Virus record (IMG/VR): IMGVR_UViG_3300008262_000294
Coordinates: 1 to 24,498 of that record
Source: a virus
Taxonomy: Duplodnaviria > Caudoviricetes
Length of the DNA stretch: 24,498 nucleotides
Reading direction: 5' to 3' (one strand)
Numbering within the stretch: the first letter of the stretch is position 1; the number at the start of each line of letters is the position of its first letter. The position numbers were made by a program, and so were the translations under genes. The notes beneath the pieces were generated by a model. It was given only the letters and a program-made list of their open reading frames with translations, was not told the DNA's origin and did not search any database. This document shows, in pieces, positions 1-6,528 of the stretch.

Positions 1-2
1 CT

Positions 3-386
3 GGTATCAATGCTCTTGGTAGAGGACAGGATCGAGAGTCACTGACTCAGTTCTTCACTGTCATTGCACAGACACTTGGACCTGAAGCATTGGGTACATA
101 CCTCAATGTAGATGAGGCTGTGAAGCGTCTTGCTGCTGCTCAAGGTATAGATGTACTGAACCTGGTTAAGTCCATGAGTCAGGTACAGCAGGAACAAGCA
201 CAGGTACAACAGCAAGCACAGGATATGGAGCTACTTAAGCAAGCACCTAACATGGCTAAAGCTCCACTAATGGATCCTTCTAAGAATCCACAACTATTGA
301 ATGGACCAAATGAACAAACAAACACCAACGAGATCCCAGAGATCGAGCAAGAAAGCAACATCCCCGGAGGAAGTCCCTTCGGTTGA
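3..386 (+). CDS. Portal / head-to-tail connector protein (T7 gp8-like), C-terminal part; 5' end lies outside the window
   Basis: Frame open from base 3: GINALGRGQDRESLTQFFTVIAQTLGPEALGTYLNVDEAVKRLAAAQGIDVLNLVKS..., matching the T7 gp8-type 'G.EA.GRGQD' motif and the Gln-rich tail; upstream of scaffold. Confidence 0.92.
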   Translation, partial: GINALGRGQDRESLTQFFTVIAQTLGPEALGTYLNVDEAVKRLAAAQGIDVLNLVKSMSQVQQEQAQVQQQAQDMELLKQAPNMAKAPLMDPSKNPQLLNGPNEQTNTNEIPEIEQESNIPGGSPFG

Positions 387-543
387 CACAGTTGATGATC
401 AAGCCAATCAAGAGAACGCTCCTTACATGAAGCGTACCAAGGTTGGTGAACCCACCATCGGTCGTTCCCCCGATTTTGTCAAGACAGTAGGTCTTGGAAA
501 TCTAACCGTTATCACAGCAAATGGCAAACGAAATTACACTTAA
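301..543 (+). CDS. Small hypothetical protein between portal and scaffold (start may be 310)
   Basis: 80-aa ORF filling the 387-520 gap, overlapping portal by 86 nt and scaffold by 23 nt; phage-like codons (GCT, CGT, GGT, AAG). Confidence 0.65.
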   Translation: MDQMNKQTPTRSQRSSKKATSPEEVPSVDTVDDQANQENAPYMKRTKVGEPTIGRSPDFVKTVGLGNLTVITANGKRNYT

Positions 544-1285
544 TCCGTATGAACAAGCAGAGGGTGAGTTCTCTGCTGAAGAGCTTGATTCTCTGCAAGT
601 TGGTGAACGTCTAGCTGAGCAAGAGCAACAGTTGTTGGCTGGTAAGTACAAGTCAGCAGAGGAGTTGGAACGTGGTTACCTTGAACTACAGAAACGCCTC
701 AGTGGCAAGGAAGAAGCCGAACCTCAAGAGGCTGAACCTGAGGTAGAGGAAGAGCAACCTGAGGAGAACGATGAGGTAGATCTCTATGATACCATCATGG
801 AGTCCTACCGTACTGGTGAATGGGATCCTGAACTTGTTAGTAAAGTCGAGGGTATGAGTCCTGTTGATGTTGCTAACATGTTTCTTGAGAAAGGTGGAGC
901 ACAACAGCCACAGGTACCCCAAGCTACCTCAGATGATATTGTACAGATCCAAGAGGCAGTTGGTGGTGAGGCTGAATACCAGAACATGATTCAATGGGCT
1001 GGTCAAAACCTTTCTGAACAAGAGGTAGCAATGTATGATGCTGTTATGGATCGTGGTGACCCTCTTGCTATGTTCTTTGCTGCTCAAGCATTGAATGCAC
1101 GCTACCAAGATGCTGTAGGGTATGATGGTGAGATGCTTACTGGCACTGCACCACGTAATACTGGTGATGCATTCCGTTCACAAGCTGAACTGGTAGCAGC
1201 AATGAGTGACCCTCGCTACGATAAGGACCCAGCCTATCGTGCTGATGTAGCCGATAAACTGGAACGCTCTAACATTCAATTTTAA
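521..1285 (+). CDS. Capsid assembly scaffolding protein (T7 gp9-like)
   Basis: Acidic 254-aa protein with LAGKYKSAEELERGYLELQKRL and C-terminal FRSQAELVAAMSDPRYDKDPAYRADVADKL; lies between portal and capsid. Confidence 0.92.
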   Translation: MANEITLNPYEQAEGEFSAEELDSLQVGERLAEQEQQLLAGKYKSAEELERGYLELQKRLSGKEEAEPQEAEPEVEEEQPEENDEVDLYDTIMESYRTGEWDPELVSKVEGMSPVDVANMFLEKGGAQQPQVPQATSDDIVQIQEAVGGEAEYQNMIQWAGQNLSEQEVAMYDAVMDRGDPLAMFFAAQALNARYQDAVGYDGEMLTGTAPRNTGDAFRSQAELVAAMSDPRYDKDPAYRADVADKLERSNIQF

Positions 1286-1458
1286 TGAACGACACTAACA
1301 TCTTCGCTAAAGAACCCACCATGTATACTGACGAATCCTACACTGTGCCTTACAACGAACGTGCTGAACTCCTCAATGGTCGCCTTGCTATGCTTGGCTT
1401 CGTGGCTGCTATTGGCGCTTATATCGTAACCGGTCAAATTATCCCTGGAGTATTCTAA
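1285..1458 (+). CDS. hli: High-light inducible protein (Hli/Scp), 57 aa; not in the ORF track
   Basis: Manual translation MNDTNIFAKEPTMYTDESYTVPYNERAELLNGRLAMLGFVAAIGAYIVTGQIIPGVF: chlorophyll-binding AExxNGRxAMxG motif and C-terminal TGQIIPGxF; ATG overlaps scaffold stop (TAATG). Confidence 0.97.
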   Translation: MNDTNIFAKEPTMYTDESYTVPYNERAELLNGRLAMLGFVAAIGAYIVTGQIIPGVF

Positions 1459-1508
1459 TGGCTTGCGGAAGCAAAGGACACAAAGGTAATGGCGGAAAGA
1501 AAAAGTAA
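1458..1508 (+). CDS. Possible 16-aa Lys/Gly-rich micropeptide MACGSKGHKGNGGKKK
   Basis: ATG overlaps the hli stop (TAATG); composition like the neighbouring basic peptides; too short to be certain. Confidence 0.4.
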   Translation: MACGSKGHKGNGGKKK

Positions 1509-1737
1509 CGTCAGCCTAAAGATTGGTGTACACAAGTCACGTACTGGCGGCCTTACGGCTGCTGGTCGTGCCAAATATAACAAGGCTACTGGCTCTAACC
1601 TGAAGGCCCCACAGCCTGAAGGAGGGCCACGTAAGCGTTCCTTCTGTGCCCGCATGGGTGGTGTGAAGGGACCGATGAAAGACGAGAAGGGACGACCTAC
1701 TCGCAAAGCACTAGCCCTACGTAAGTGGAAATGTTAA
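1489..1737 (+). CDS. Small basic phage protein (SFCARM-motif type, DUF6321-like)
   Basis: 82 aa, K/R-rich, GGLTAAGRAKYN...RKRSFCARM...ALALRKWKC; AAGGA upstream. Confidence 0.8.
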   Translation: MAERKSNVSLKIGVHKSRTGGLTAAGRAKYNKATGSNLKAPQPEGGPRKRSFCARMGGVKGPMKDEKGRPTRKALALRKWKC

Positions 1738-1887
1738 ATGGCTAAGCCTGGTTTGTACGCTAACATTAATGCTAAGCGTATGCGTATCAAAGCTGGTTCT
1801 GATGAGAAGATGAGGAAGCCTGGTTCACCTGGTGCTCCTACTGCTGCTCAATTCAAGAAGGCAGCTAAAACAGCTAAAAAGAAGTAA
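1738..1887 (+). CDS. 49-aa basic hypothetical protein; not in the ORF track
   Basis: MAKPGLYANINAKRMRIKAGSDEKMRKPGSPGAPTAAQFKKAAKTAKKK; ATG directly follows the previous TAA; strong phage codon usage. Confidence 0.8.
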   Translation: MAKPGLYANINAKRMRIKAGSDEKMRKPGSPGAPTAAQFKKAAKTAKKK

Positions 1888-1892
1888 CTATC

Positions 1893-2012
1893 ATGCCTAA
1901 AGTCGGAAACAAAGAGTATCCTTATACTCCTGCTGGTAAAGCAGCAGCTAAGAAGGCAGCCGCTAAAGCTGGTAAGCCTGTTAAAATGAAGCCCTCTAAG
2001 AAGGGTTACTGA
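1893..2012 (+). CDS. 39-aa Lys/Ala-rich hypothetical protein; not in the ORF track
   Basis: MPKVGNKEYPYTPAGKAAAKKAAAKAGKPVKMKPSKKGY; starts 5 nt after the previous stop; typical codons. Confidence 0.75.
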   Translation: MPKVGNKEYPYTPAGKAAAKKAAAKAGKPVKMKPSKKGY

Positions 2013-2019
2013 TCGATAG

Positions 2020-2094
2020 AGGTTCAGCCCCTAGCGAGTAGTGCTGAGCCTTAATGAGTAGATGGAAATATAAATGTTCCTTGCTATCTTATTA
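2020..2094 (+). promoter_or_regulatory. Two tandem RNA hairpins in the intergenic region upstream of rlpA
   Basis: AGGTTCAGC(2020-2028)/GCTGAGCCT(2043-2051) with inner CTA/TAG; second irregular stem TAATGAG-TAG..GGAA / TTCC..CTA-CTTATTA (2052-2094) ending on the A of the rlpA ATG. Confidence 0.55.
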
Positions 2095-2390
2095 TGATCC
2101 CTCTTCTAACTACTCTGTCGGTGATTACCTCATGGTATGGTCCAGGCTTTAATGGCCGCCTTACTGCGAGTGGATCTCGGTACAATCAAAACGGCCTTAC
2201 TGCAGCGCACAAGACACTCCCCTTTGGTACACGCCTACGTGTATGTCTAAAGAGGTGTGCCGTGGTGACGGTCAACGATCGTGGTCCCTACGAATATGGT
2301 AGGGGACTTGATCTCAGTAAAGGTGCGGCTGATGTTATCGGTCTCACTGCCTCTGGCGTTGGACGAGTTAAAGTAACACGTCTTAACTAA
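2094..2390 (+). CDS. rlpA: RlpA-like double-psi beta-barrel lytic transglycosylase
   Basis: SWYGPGFNGRLTASG..Y....LTAAHKTLPFGT.LRV...VTVNDRGPY..GR.LDLSKGAA..IG are the RlpA DPBB motifs; short hydrophobic N-terminus. Confidence 0.92.
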   Translation: MIPLLTTLSVITSWYGPGFNGRLTASGSRYNQNGLTAAHKTLPFGTRLRVCLKRCAVVTVNDRGPYEYGRGLDLSKGAADVIGLTASGVGRVKVTRLN

Positions 2391-2395
2391 CTTCA

Positions 2396-2764
2396 ATGAA
2401 TATCACAATCGCGGATTCCGCATGGATGGCTGGACTCTTTGAGGGCGAAGGTTCCATCTCCATTAGTCAGAAAAAAGGTTATTGCTACCTTCAATTAGTT
2501 AGCACAGATCACGACGTTCTTCTTAAGTTCGCTAGGCTGGCTAACTGCATAAACAACAAAATTACTTATTGCCCACGTCGGTCACATCAAAACAAAGATG
2601 CTTGGAAATGGCAAGTTGGTAATCGAAAAGATGTAACCCGCTTGTTAAATTTAATGCTACCGTATTTGGGTGATCGTCGAGCCCATAAGGCGTTAGATGT
2701 TTTCGATTTTTACGATGACCGCAACTCTAGCTCTCCCTCAGAAGAGCGAAAACTTCTGGGATAA
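2396..2764 (+). mobile_element. Free-standing single-motif LAGLIDADG homing endonuclease gene, overlapping psbA by 50 nt
   Basis: AWMAGLFEGEGSISIS is a LAGLIDADG helix, followed by LQLVSTDHDVLLKF, W.WQV and LLNLMLPYL..RRA, typical of this fold; codon style differs from flanking genes. Confidence 0.85.
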
Positions 2765-3776
2765 ATATCTAGGCTGGGTAACCAGCACTGAGAACCGCAT
2801 TTATATTGGTCACTTTGGTGTGATCATGCTTCCCTGTTTGCTGGCTGCAGCTATCTGCTTTATCATTGCATTTATTGCAGCCCCTCCTACGGATATTGAC
2901 GGTATCCGTGAACCTGTATCAGGTAGCCTTCTCTATGGAAACAACATCATATCGGGAGCCGTCGTTCCGAGCAGCAATGCCATCGGACTTCACTTCTACC
3001 CAATTTGGGAAGCTAATTCACTTGATGAATGGCTCTACAATGGGGGTCCGTTCCAACTTACAGTGTTCCACTTCCTCATTGGCATCTATGCTTACATGGG
3101 ACGAGAGTGGGAACTTAGCTATCGATTAGGGATGAGGCCCTGGATTTGTGTCGCATACTCTGCCCCGGTGGCGGCTGCTACCGCTGTATTTCTTGTCTAT
3201 CCCTTTGGCCAAGGAAGCTTCTCTGATGCTATGCCTTTGGGTATCTCGGGAACCTTCAACTACATGCTTGTCTTCCAGGCTGAACATAACATCCTTATGC
3301 ACCCCTTCCATATGCTTGGAGTTGCAGGTGTATTCGGTGGGTCTTTGTTTAGCGCGATGCACGGCAGCTTGGTTACGTCTAGTCTTGTTCGTGAAACGAC
3401 TGAAGAAGTATCTCAGAACTATGGATACAAGTTTGGTCAAGAAGAGGAGACGTATAACATCGTTGCCGCTCATGGCTATTTTGGACGTTTGATCTTCCAA
3501 TATGCATCTTTCAATAATAGCCGTAGCCTTCACTTCTTCCTTGCTGCTTGGCCTGTTGTTGGTATCTGGTTTGCTGCTCTGGGCGTTTCGACCATGGCTT
3601 TCAATCTTAATGGTTTCAACTTTAACCAAAGCCTTGTCAGCTCTGAAGGGAAAGTGATCAACACTTGGGCTGACATTCTTAACCGAGCTGGTCTTGGTTT
3701 TGAAGTGATGCATGAACGCAATGCTCACAACTTCCCGCTAGATCTTGCAGCACACACTGCTCCTATCATTGGTTAA
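2715..3776 (+). CDS. psbA: Photosystem II D1 protein, 353 aa, no intron (start at ATG 2715, MTATL, rather than 2697)
   Basis: [100 protein letters not shown]; Mn-cluster ligands D170/E189/H332/E333/D342/A344 and YZ region intact. Confidence 0.99.
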   Translation: MTATLALPQKSENFWDKYLGWVTSTENRIYIGHFGVIMLPCLLAAAICFIIAFIAAPPTDIDGIREPVSGSLLYGNNIISGAVVPSSNAIGLHFYPIWEANSLDEWLYNGGPFQLTVFHFLIGIYAYMGREWELSYRLGMRPWICVAYSAPVAAATAVFLVYPFGQGSFSDAMPLGISGTFNYMLVFQAEHNILMHPFHMLGVAGVFGGSLFSAMHGSLVTSSLVRETTEEVSQNYGYKFGQEEETYNIVAAHGYFGRLIFQYASFNNSRSLHFFLAAWPVVGIWFAALGVSTMAFNLNGFNFNQSLVSSEGKVINTWADILNRAGLGFEVMHERNAHNFPLDLAAHTAPIIG

Positions 3777-3778
3777 TT

Positions 3779-3976
3779 ATGGCACGCGCTACTCCTTTTG
3801 ATCCGAAGGTGTCTTCGGTTGACGTACAGTATATCGGTAATCCTGGTAACAACCTTTTCTATTGGACTAATCAGTTCCCTTGGGTTGCCCCATATCCTGG
3901 TGGTCAAACCACAACTGAGATGAGCCCTAAGGGTTCTATTAAATACCCTGACGGTTCTTCTCCCACAGCTCCGTAA
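3779..3976 (+). CDS. 65-aa hypothetical protein
   Basis: Starts 2 nt after psbA stop; Pro/Gly/aromatic-rich; phage-like codons; no family recognised. Confidence 0.7.
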   Translation: MARATPFDPKVSSVDVQYIGNPGNNLFYWTNQFPWVAPYPGGQTTTEMSPKGSIKYPDGSSPTAP

Positions 3977-3997
3977 GGTTAAAACATTACTTGGACT

Positions 3998-4030
3998 GGA
4001 GGCACCTCAGAGTAGGACCTCCTTTTCTTT
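3998..4030 (+). terminator. Possible intrinsic terminator, or first stem of the capsid leader
   Basis: GGAGG(3998-4002)..CCT/AGG..CCTCC(4018-4022) followed by TTTTCTTT; the stem is interrupted. Confidence 0.45.
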
Positions 4031-4158
4031 GGCTTAGGCCGGTTACGACCGATACCCTTTGCCATGACAGTCGGAGAGACGACAACAAAAAAAAAGACAA
4101 CAAAAATTCTAAGCGCTTAGAGAGGACTACATCGTAAACAACTCTCTCTTAAACTATT
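4030..4158 (+). promoter_or_regulatory. Structured 5' leader of the major capsid gene
   Basis: TGGC..GG.CGGT-TACG-ACCG..CC..GCCA stem (4030-4064), GTCG/CGAC stem (4070-4083), direct repeat GACAACAAAAA at 4081 and 4096, perfect palindrome TCTAAGCGCTTAGA (4108-4121), AGAGAG/CTCTCT pairing. Confidence 0.5.
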
Positions 4159-5178
4159 GTGGCTAACACTCTTGTAACTCCTGTAGGTCGGATTAATAAC
4201 ACTAGTTCGACCCCCCTTGCTCTTGGTACTGCTTATGATACCAAGTACGCAACTTATCTGAAACTGTTCTCTGGCGAGATGTTCAAAGCCTATGAAGGCG
4301 CGACTATCGCTAAGGGCACTGTGCAGAGCCGTACCCTGAAGAATGGTAAGGCTATGCAGTTCATCTTCACTGGCCGTATGGAAGCGGCTTACCACGAGCC
4401 CGGTACTCCGATCCTGGGTAGTGGTGATCCTCCGGTGGCAGAGAAGACCATCGTCTGTGATGACCTCCTCATCTCTAGTGCATTCGTGTATGACCTGGAT
4501 GAGACCCTGGCTCACTATAGCCTGCGTTCTGAGATCGCCAAGAAGATTGGTTATGCTCTGGCTGAGGCTTATGACAAGAAGATCTTCCGTCAGATCGCTA
4601 AGGCTGCTCGTGAAGCTCACCCCATCACTGCCGCTCCTGGTCCTGAGCCCGGCGGTTCTGTGATCCAACTCGGTGCCAACAAAGAGTATGACGCTCAGGC
4701 ACTGGTTGACGCCTTCTTCGAGGCTGCTTCTATTCTCGATGAGAAGAACCTGCCCAAGCAAGGTCGTACCGCTGTTCTCAGCCCTCGCCAGTACTATGCT
4801 CTGGTGTCGCAAGTCGACTCGAACATCCTCAACCGTGACTATGGTAACACCAACGGTAACCTGCAGTCTGGTGAGGGTCTCTATGAGATCGCTGGTATCT
4901 CCATCAAGCGTTCCAACAACCTGCCCTTCCTGGCTGGTAGCGTGTCTTCCGTCAACGGTGAGAACAACGACTACTCCGGTAACTTCAGCACCCACTGTGG
5001 TCTGATCTACTACAAGGATGCTGCTGGTGTTGTGGAAGCTATCGCTCCTTCTGTGCAGACCACCTCTGGTGATGTGTCTGTGATGTACCAGGGTGACCTG
5101 ATCGTGGGTCGTCTGGCTATGGGCTGCGGTACCCTGAACCCCGCTGCTGCTATTGAGCTGCAGTCGGCTCGCTCCTGA
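4159..5178 (+). CDS. Major capsid protein (T7 gp10A-like), GTG start
   Basis: YATYLKLFSGEMFKAY, RTLKNGKAMQFIFTGR, EKTIVCDDLLISSAFVYDLDETLAHYSLRSEIAKKIGYALAEAYDKKIFR, YQGDLIVGRLAMGCGTLNPAAAIEL; strongly biased codons. Confidence 0.97.
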   Translation: MANTLVTPVGRINNTSSTPLALGTAYDTKYATYLKLFSGEMFKAYEGATIAKGTVQSRTLKNGKAMQFIFTGRMEAAYHEPGTPILGSGDPPVAEKTIVCDDLLISSAFVYDLDETLAHYSLRSEIAKKIGYALAEAYDKKIFRQIAKAAREAHPITAAPGPEPGGSVIQLGANKEYDAQALVDAFFEAASILDEKNLPKQGRTAVLSPRQYYALVSQVDSNILNRDYGNTNGNLQSGEGLYEIAGISIKRSNNLPFLAGSVSSVNGENNDYSGNFSTHCGLIYYKDAAGVVEAIAPSVQTTSGDVSVMYQGDLIVGRLAMGCGTLNPAAAIELQSARS

Positions 5179-5193
5179 TAAAGGAGAGACATA

Positions 5194-5523
5194 ATGGGAC
5201 TCGCTACTGTTGATGGTGTTGGTGTAACTACTAGCCAAACCTATAATCAACGCCCTCCTATTGAGCCTGGTCGTGAAGGTGGTACGGTTGTTACCGTAAC
5301 TCGCCTTGGTGGTGGTACTGGTCAAGTGGCTGGTACTAAAGCTACCACCGTTGACAACATCAATGGCACTGGCTGCACCCTTACTACTACTGTCACTGAT
5401 GGTGTGGTTGATGGTCAGACTGTAGCTGCTGGTGGTGATGGCTATCGCGTTGGTGATGTGCTGTCGGTTGCTGGTACTACTGCTGCCACCTTCCGTGTTG
5501 ACACTGTTTCTTATACCAACTGA
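5194..5523 (+). CDS. Gly/Thr/Val-rich beta protein, putative capsid decoration or minor virion protein
   Basis: AAGGAG RBS; directly after capsid and before the terminator; high-expression codons; function inferred from position only. Confidence 0.6.
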   Translation: MGLATVDGVGVTTSQTYNQRPPIEPGREGGTVVTVTRLGGGTGQVAGTKATTVDNINGTGCTLTTTVTDGVVDGQTVAAGGDGYRVGDVLSVAGTTAATFRVDTVSYTN

Positions 5524-5534
5524 GGTACTATCTA

Positions 5535-5807
5535 ATGGCTAATCTTTCTACTGCTGCTGGTGGTAATGGTGTTGCTGGTAACGTTAACTTCGCTACCCGC
5601 ACCGTAACTGGCGCATATGCTTCTACTTATGCTGATAACGGCAACCTGGCTGTCTCTGACAACCACGCTGTTCGTCGTTCGGTATCCCGCACTCACGGTG
5701 GTGCTACCGCCTCTGGTGTGTTTTCGGAGACTCAGTGCCTCCGCTATGCTTACTCTGGTATTGAGTCCGATGTTCCGGCACTTGACGCCAGCCGTACTGC
5801 TGCTTAA
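5535..5807 (+). CDS. 90-aa hypothetical protein, probably virion-associated
   Basis: GAGGT RBS; last gene before the terminator; MANLSTAAGGNGVAG...RRSVSRT...VFSETQCLRYAYSGIESD. Confidence 0.7.
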   Translation: MANLSTAAGGNGVAGNVNFATRTVTGAYASTYADNGNLAVSDNHAVRRSVSRTHGGATASGVFSETQCLRYAYSGIESDVPALDASRTAA

Positions 5808-5819
5808 TTAGTATAAATG

Positions 5820-5845
5820 GGGGTCCTTCGGGATCCCTTTTTTTT
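5820..5845 (+). terminator. T-phi-like intrinsic terminator
   Basis: GGGGTCC-TTCG-GGATCCC stem with cUUCGg tetraloop followed by 8 T; position after the capsid genes matches T7 T-phi. Confidence 0.93.
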
Positions 5846-5868
5846 AATTCTTTTATAACATCATTGTT

Positions 5869-6528
5869 ATGCCGATAACCAATAACGCTCAGGCTGAGCT
5901 ACAAGCTGTTAATGAAATTCTGGCGTCTATTGGTCAGGCGCCTGTTACCACCATCGAGGCACAGACCATCACGTATGAAGATGGTTCTACTGTCGAAGCT
6001 GTAATCAACCCGGAAGTTGCAATTACTTACGAGACTCTACAACAAGTCTCACGGGAGGTACAGGCAGAGGGGTGGACATTTAACCGAGAGGTTGAATACC
6101 CCCTCACTCCAAACACTAGCGGTTATCTAGAGATGACTGGTAGTATGTTACAAATTGATCTAAGTGATACTGTTGCTAATAGTAACTATGACACTGTTGT
6201 TAGAAACGGTAGACTCTATGATCGGATCGGCCACACTGATGTATGGGATACTACCAAGACCTATGAGGTAGATGTGGTGTGGTATTACGACTTTGCTGAT
6301 CTCCCTCAGGTCTTTAGAGACTACATCACATCACGAGCAGCTACACGTTGTGCTATTCGTCTTGTTGGTGATGTGAACCTTACCCAGGCTCTTGCTTCAT
6401 TTGAGACATGGCGTAGGGCTAACTGTCTTGAGTATGAATGCAACGAAGGAGACTACACTATGTTTGGCTTCAAACAAGGTGATGGGTTCTACAATAGCTA
6501 TAAACCATTCAAGGCTCTTGCACGATGA
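5869..6528 (+). CDS. Tail tubular protein A / adaptor (T7 gp11-like)
   Basis: ELQAVNEILASIGQAPVTT, VSREVQAEGWTFNRE, RNGRLYDR..HT, FADLPQVFRDYIT.RAA motifs; synteny. Confidence 0.94.
   Translation: MPITNNAQAELQAVNEILASIGQAPVTTIEAQTITYEDGSTVEAVINPEVAITYETLQQVSREVQAEGWTFNREVEYPLTPNTSGYLEMTGSMLQIDLSDTVANSNYDTVVRNGRLYDRIGHTDVWDTTKTYEVDVVWYYDFADLPQVFRDYITSRAATRCAIRLVGDVNLTQALASFETWRRANCLEYECNEGDYTMFGFKQGDGFYNSYKPFKALAR

Noticed and set aside
2697-2714. Track start for psbA (MFSIFT extension)
   Set aside because: D1 normally begins MT(A/T)TL; ATG 2715 gives the canonical N-terminus
2396-2764. LAGLIDADG ORF as part of an intein
   Set aside because: No host protein in frame and no N-terminal Cys/Ser or C-terminal His-Asn splicing motifs; it has its own start and stop
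2866-3728. Alternative-frame and antisense ORFs within psbA, and similar ones within the tail and internal virion genes
   Set aside because: Fully nested in well-supported genes, with no motifs or initiation signals
2715-3776. Group I intron in psbA, as in S-PM2, given the adjacent endonuclease
   Set aside because: psbA is a continuous 353-codon frame with no insertion
4081-4106. GACAACAAAAA direct repeat as a CRISPR or att-like feature
   Set aside because: Only two low-complexity copies 15 nt apart; no spacers, cas genes or integrase; kept only as part of the capsid leader
5170-5196. Possible capsid readthrough or frameshift into the in-frame 5194 ORF (T7 10B-like)
   Set aside because: Two consecutive stops (TGA TAA), no obvious slippery heptamer, and the downstream gene has its own AAGGAG RBS
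4117-5325. 402-aa minus-strand ORF opposite the capsid gene
   Set aside because: Antisense shadow of a strongly codon-biased gene; no recognisable motif or RBS, and all supported genes are on the + strand
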